Below, piece after piece: positions 63,544 through 64,000 of a stretch of 64,000 nt of DNA. The notes beneath the pieces are model-generated. The model saw nothing but the letters and a program-made list of their open reading frames with translations. It made no database searches and was not told the origin of the DNA. The stretch spans positions 8,246,001 through 8,310,000 of the forward strand of contig NC_058368.1 of assembly GCF_018350175.1 (NCBI RefSeq), given 5' to 3'. The stretch comes from Felis catus (taxonomy: Eukaryota). The position numbers and the translations under genes are program-made. Position 1 is the stretch's first letter. Each line of letters opens with the position of its first letter.

Positions 63544-64000
63544 TATTATTTTTTTCTTAAATCAGTAACAGAACCACAAAGTTTTCCATGTGGTTTGGTC
63601 GTATCATCAGCAAAATTAATACTTGTCCAAAATGTAAATTAATTTTCAGAAGCAAAAAATTACCTCTCCTCTTAGCACACAGTTAATTTCATCTTTGGGG
63701 TCAGGGGGAGATCAAGCTAAGTTTATACCCCCATCTCACAACCACTGTTTTTAAATGGTATTTTCCTAAGGACTCTATGCCTATTATTACACAAAATAAC
63801 TCAAAGCAAGAAAAAAAAATATCTTTCAGTTAGAATTTTGGATTCTCCCCAAAGTGCTGATTAATCCCAAATCATGATATTTGGAGGAAGCAGTTTCAAG
63901 TTTTCTGGATGAAAAATAGAACAAACTTGTGAGCAGGTGCCAAATATAATCCTCAGCCCAGTCTGGTTTGCTTTGCCAGACGGCACCGATGGTATTTCCG

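Overview
Mammalian genomic DNA, most likely a felid, judged by about 19 carnivore tRNA-derived Can-SINEs (many SINEC_Fc-like) and carnivore L1s. The first ~15.8 kb holds the 5' part of SLC46A3 (lysosomal MFS transporter) on the minus strand: a CpG-island promoter with a presumed non-coding first exon (~15.1-15.8 kb) and four coding exons with canonical GT-AG sites that splice in frame (14431-14619, 6958-7828, 5291-5374, and 1-129 running off the window). The remaining ~48 kb is upstream intergenic DNA made largely of L1, L2, MIR, MaLR/ERV LTR and hAT-Charlie fossils; I found no other host gene. I see no convincing evidence of a novel multi-gene system. The most notable observations are an L1 whose 5'UTR is fused directly to the RT region of ORF2 (possible spliced retrocopy), a probable L1 3' transduction, a CTCF site with its upstream module, several nested insertions with target-site duplications (TSDs), and a template-switch hairpin cluster. 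Repeat subfamily names come from recalled consensus sequences and their boundaries are approximate.
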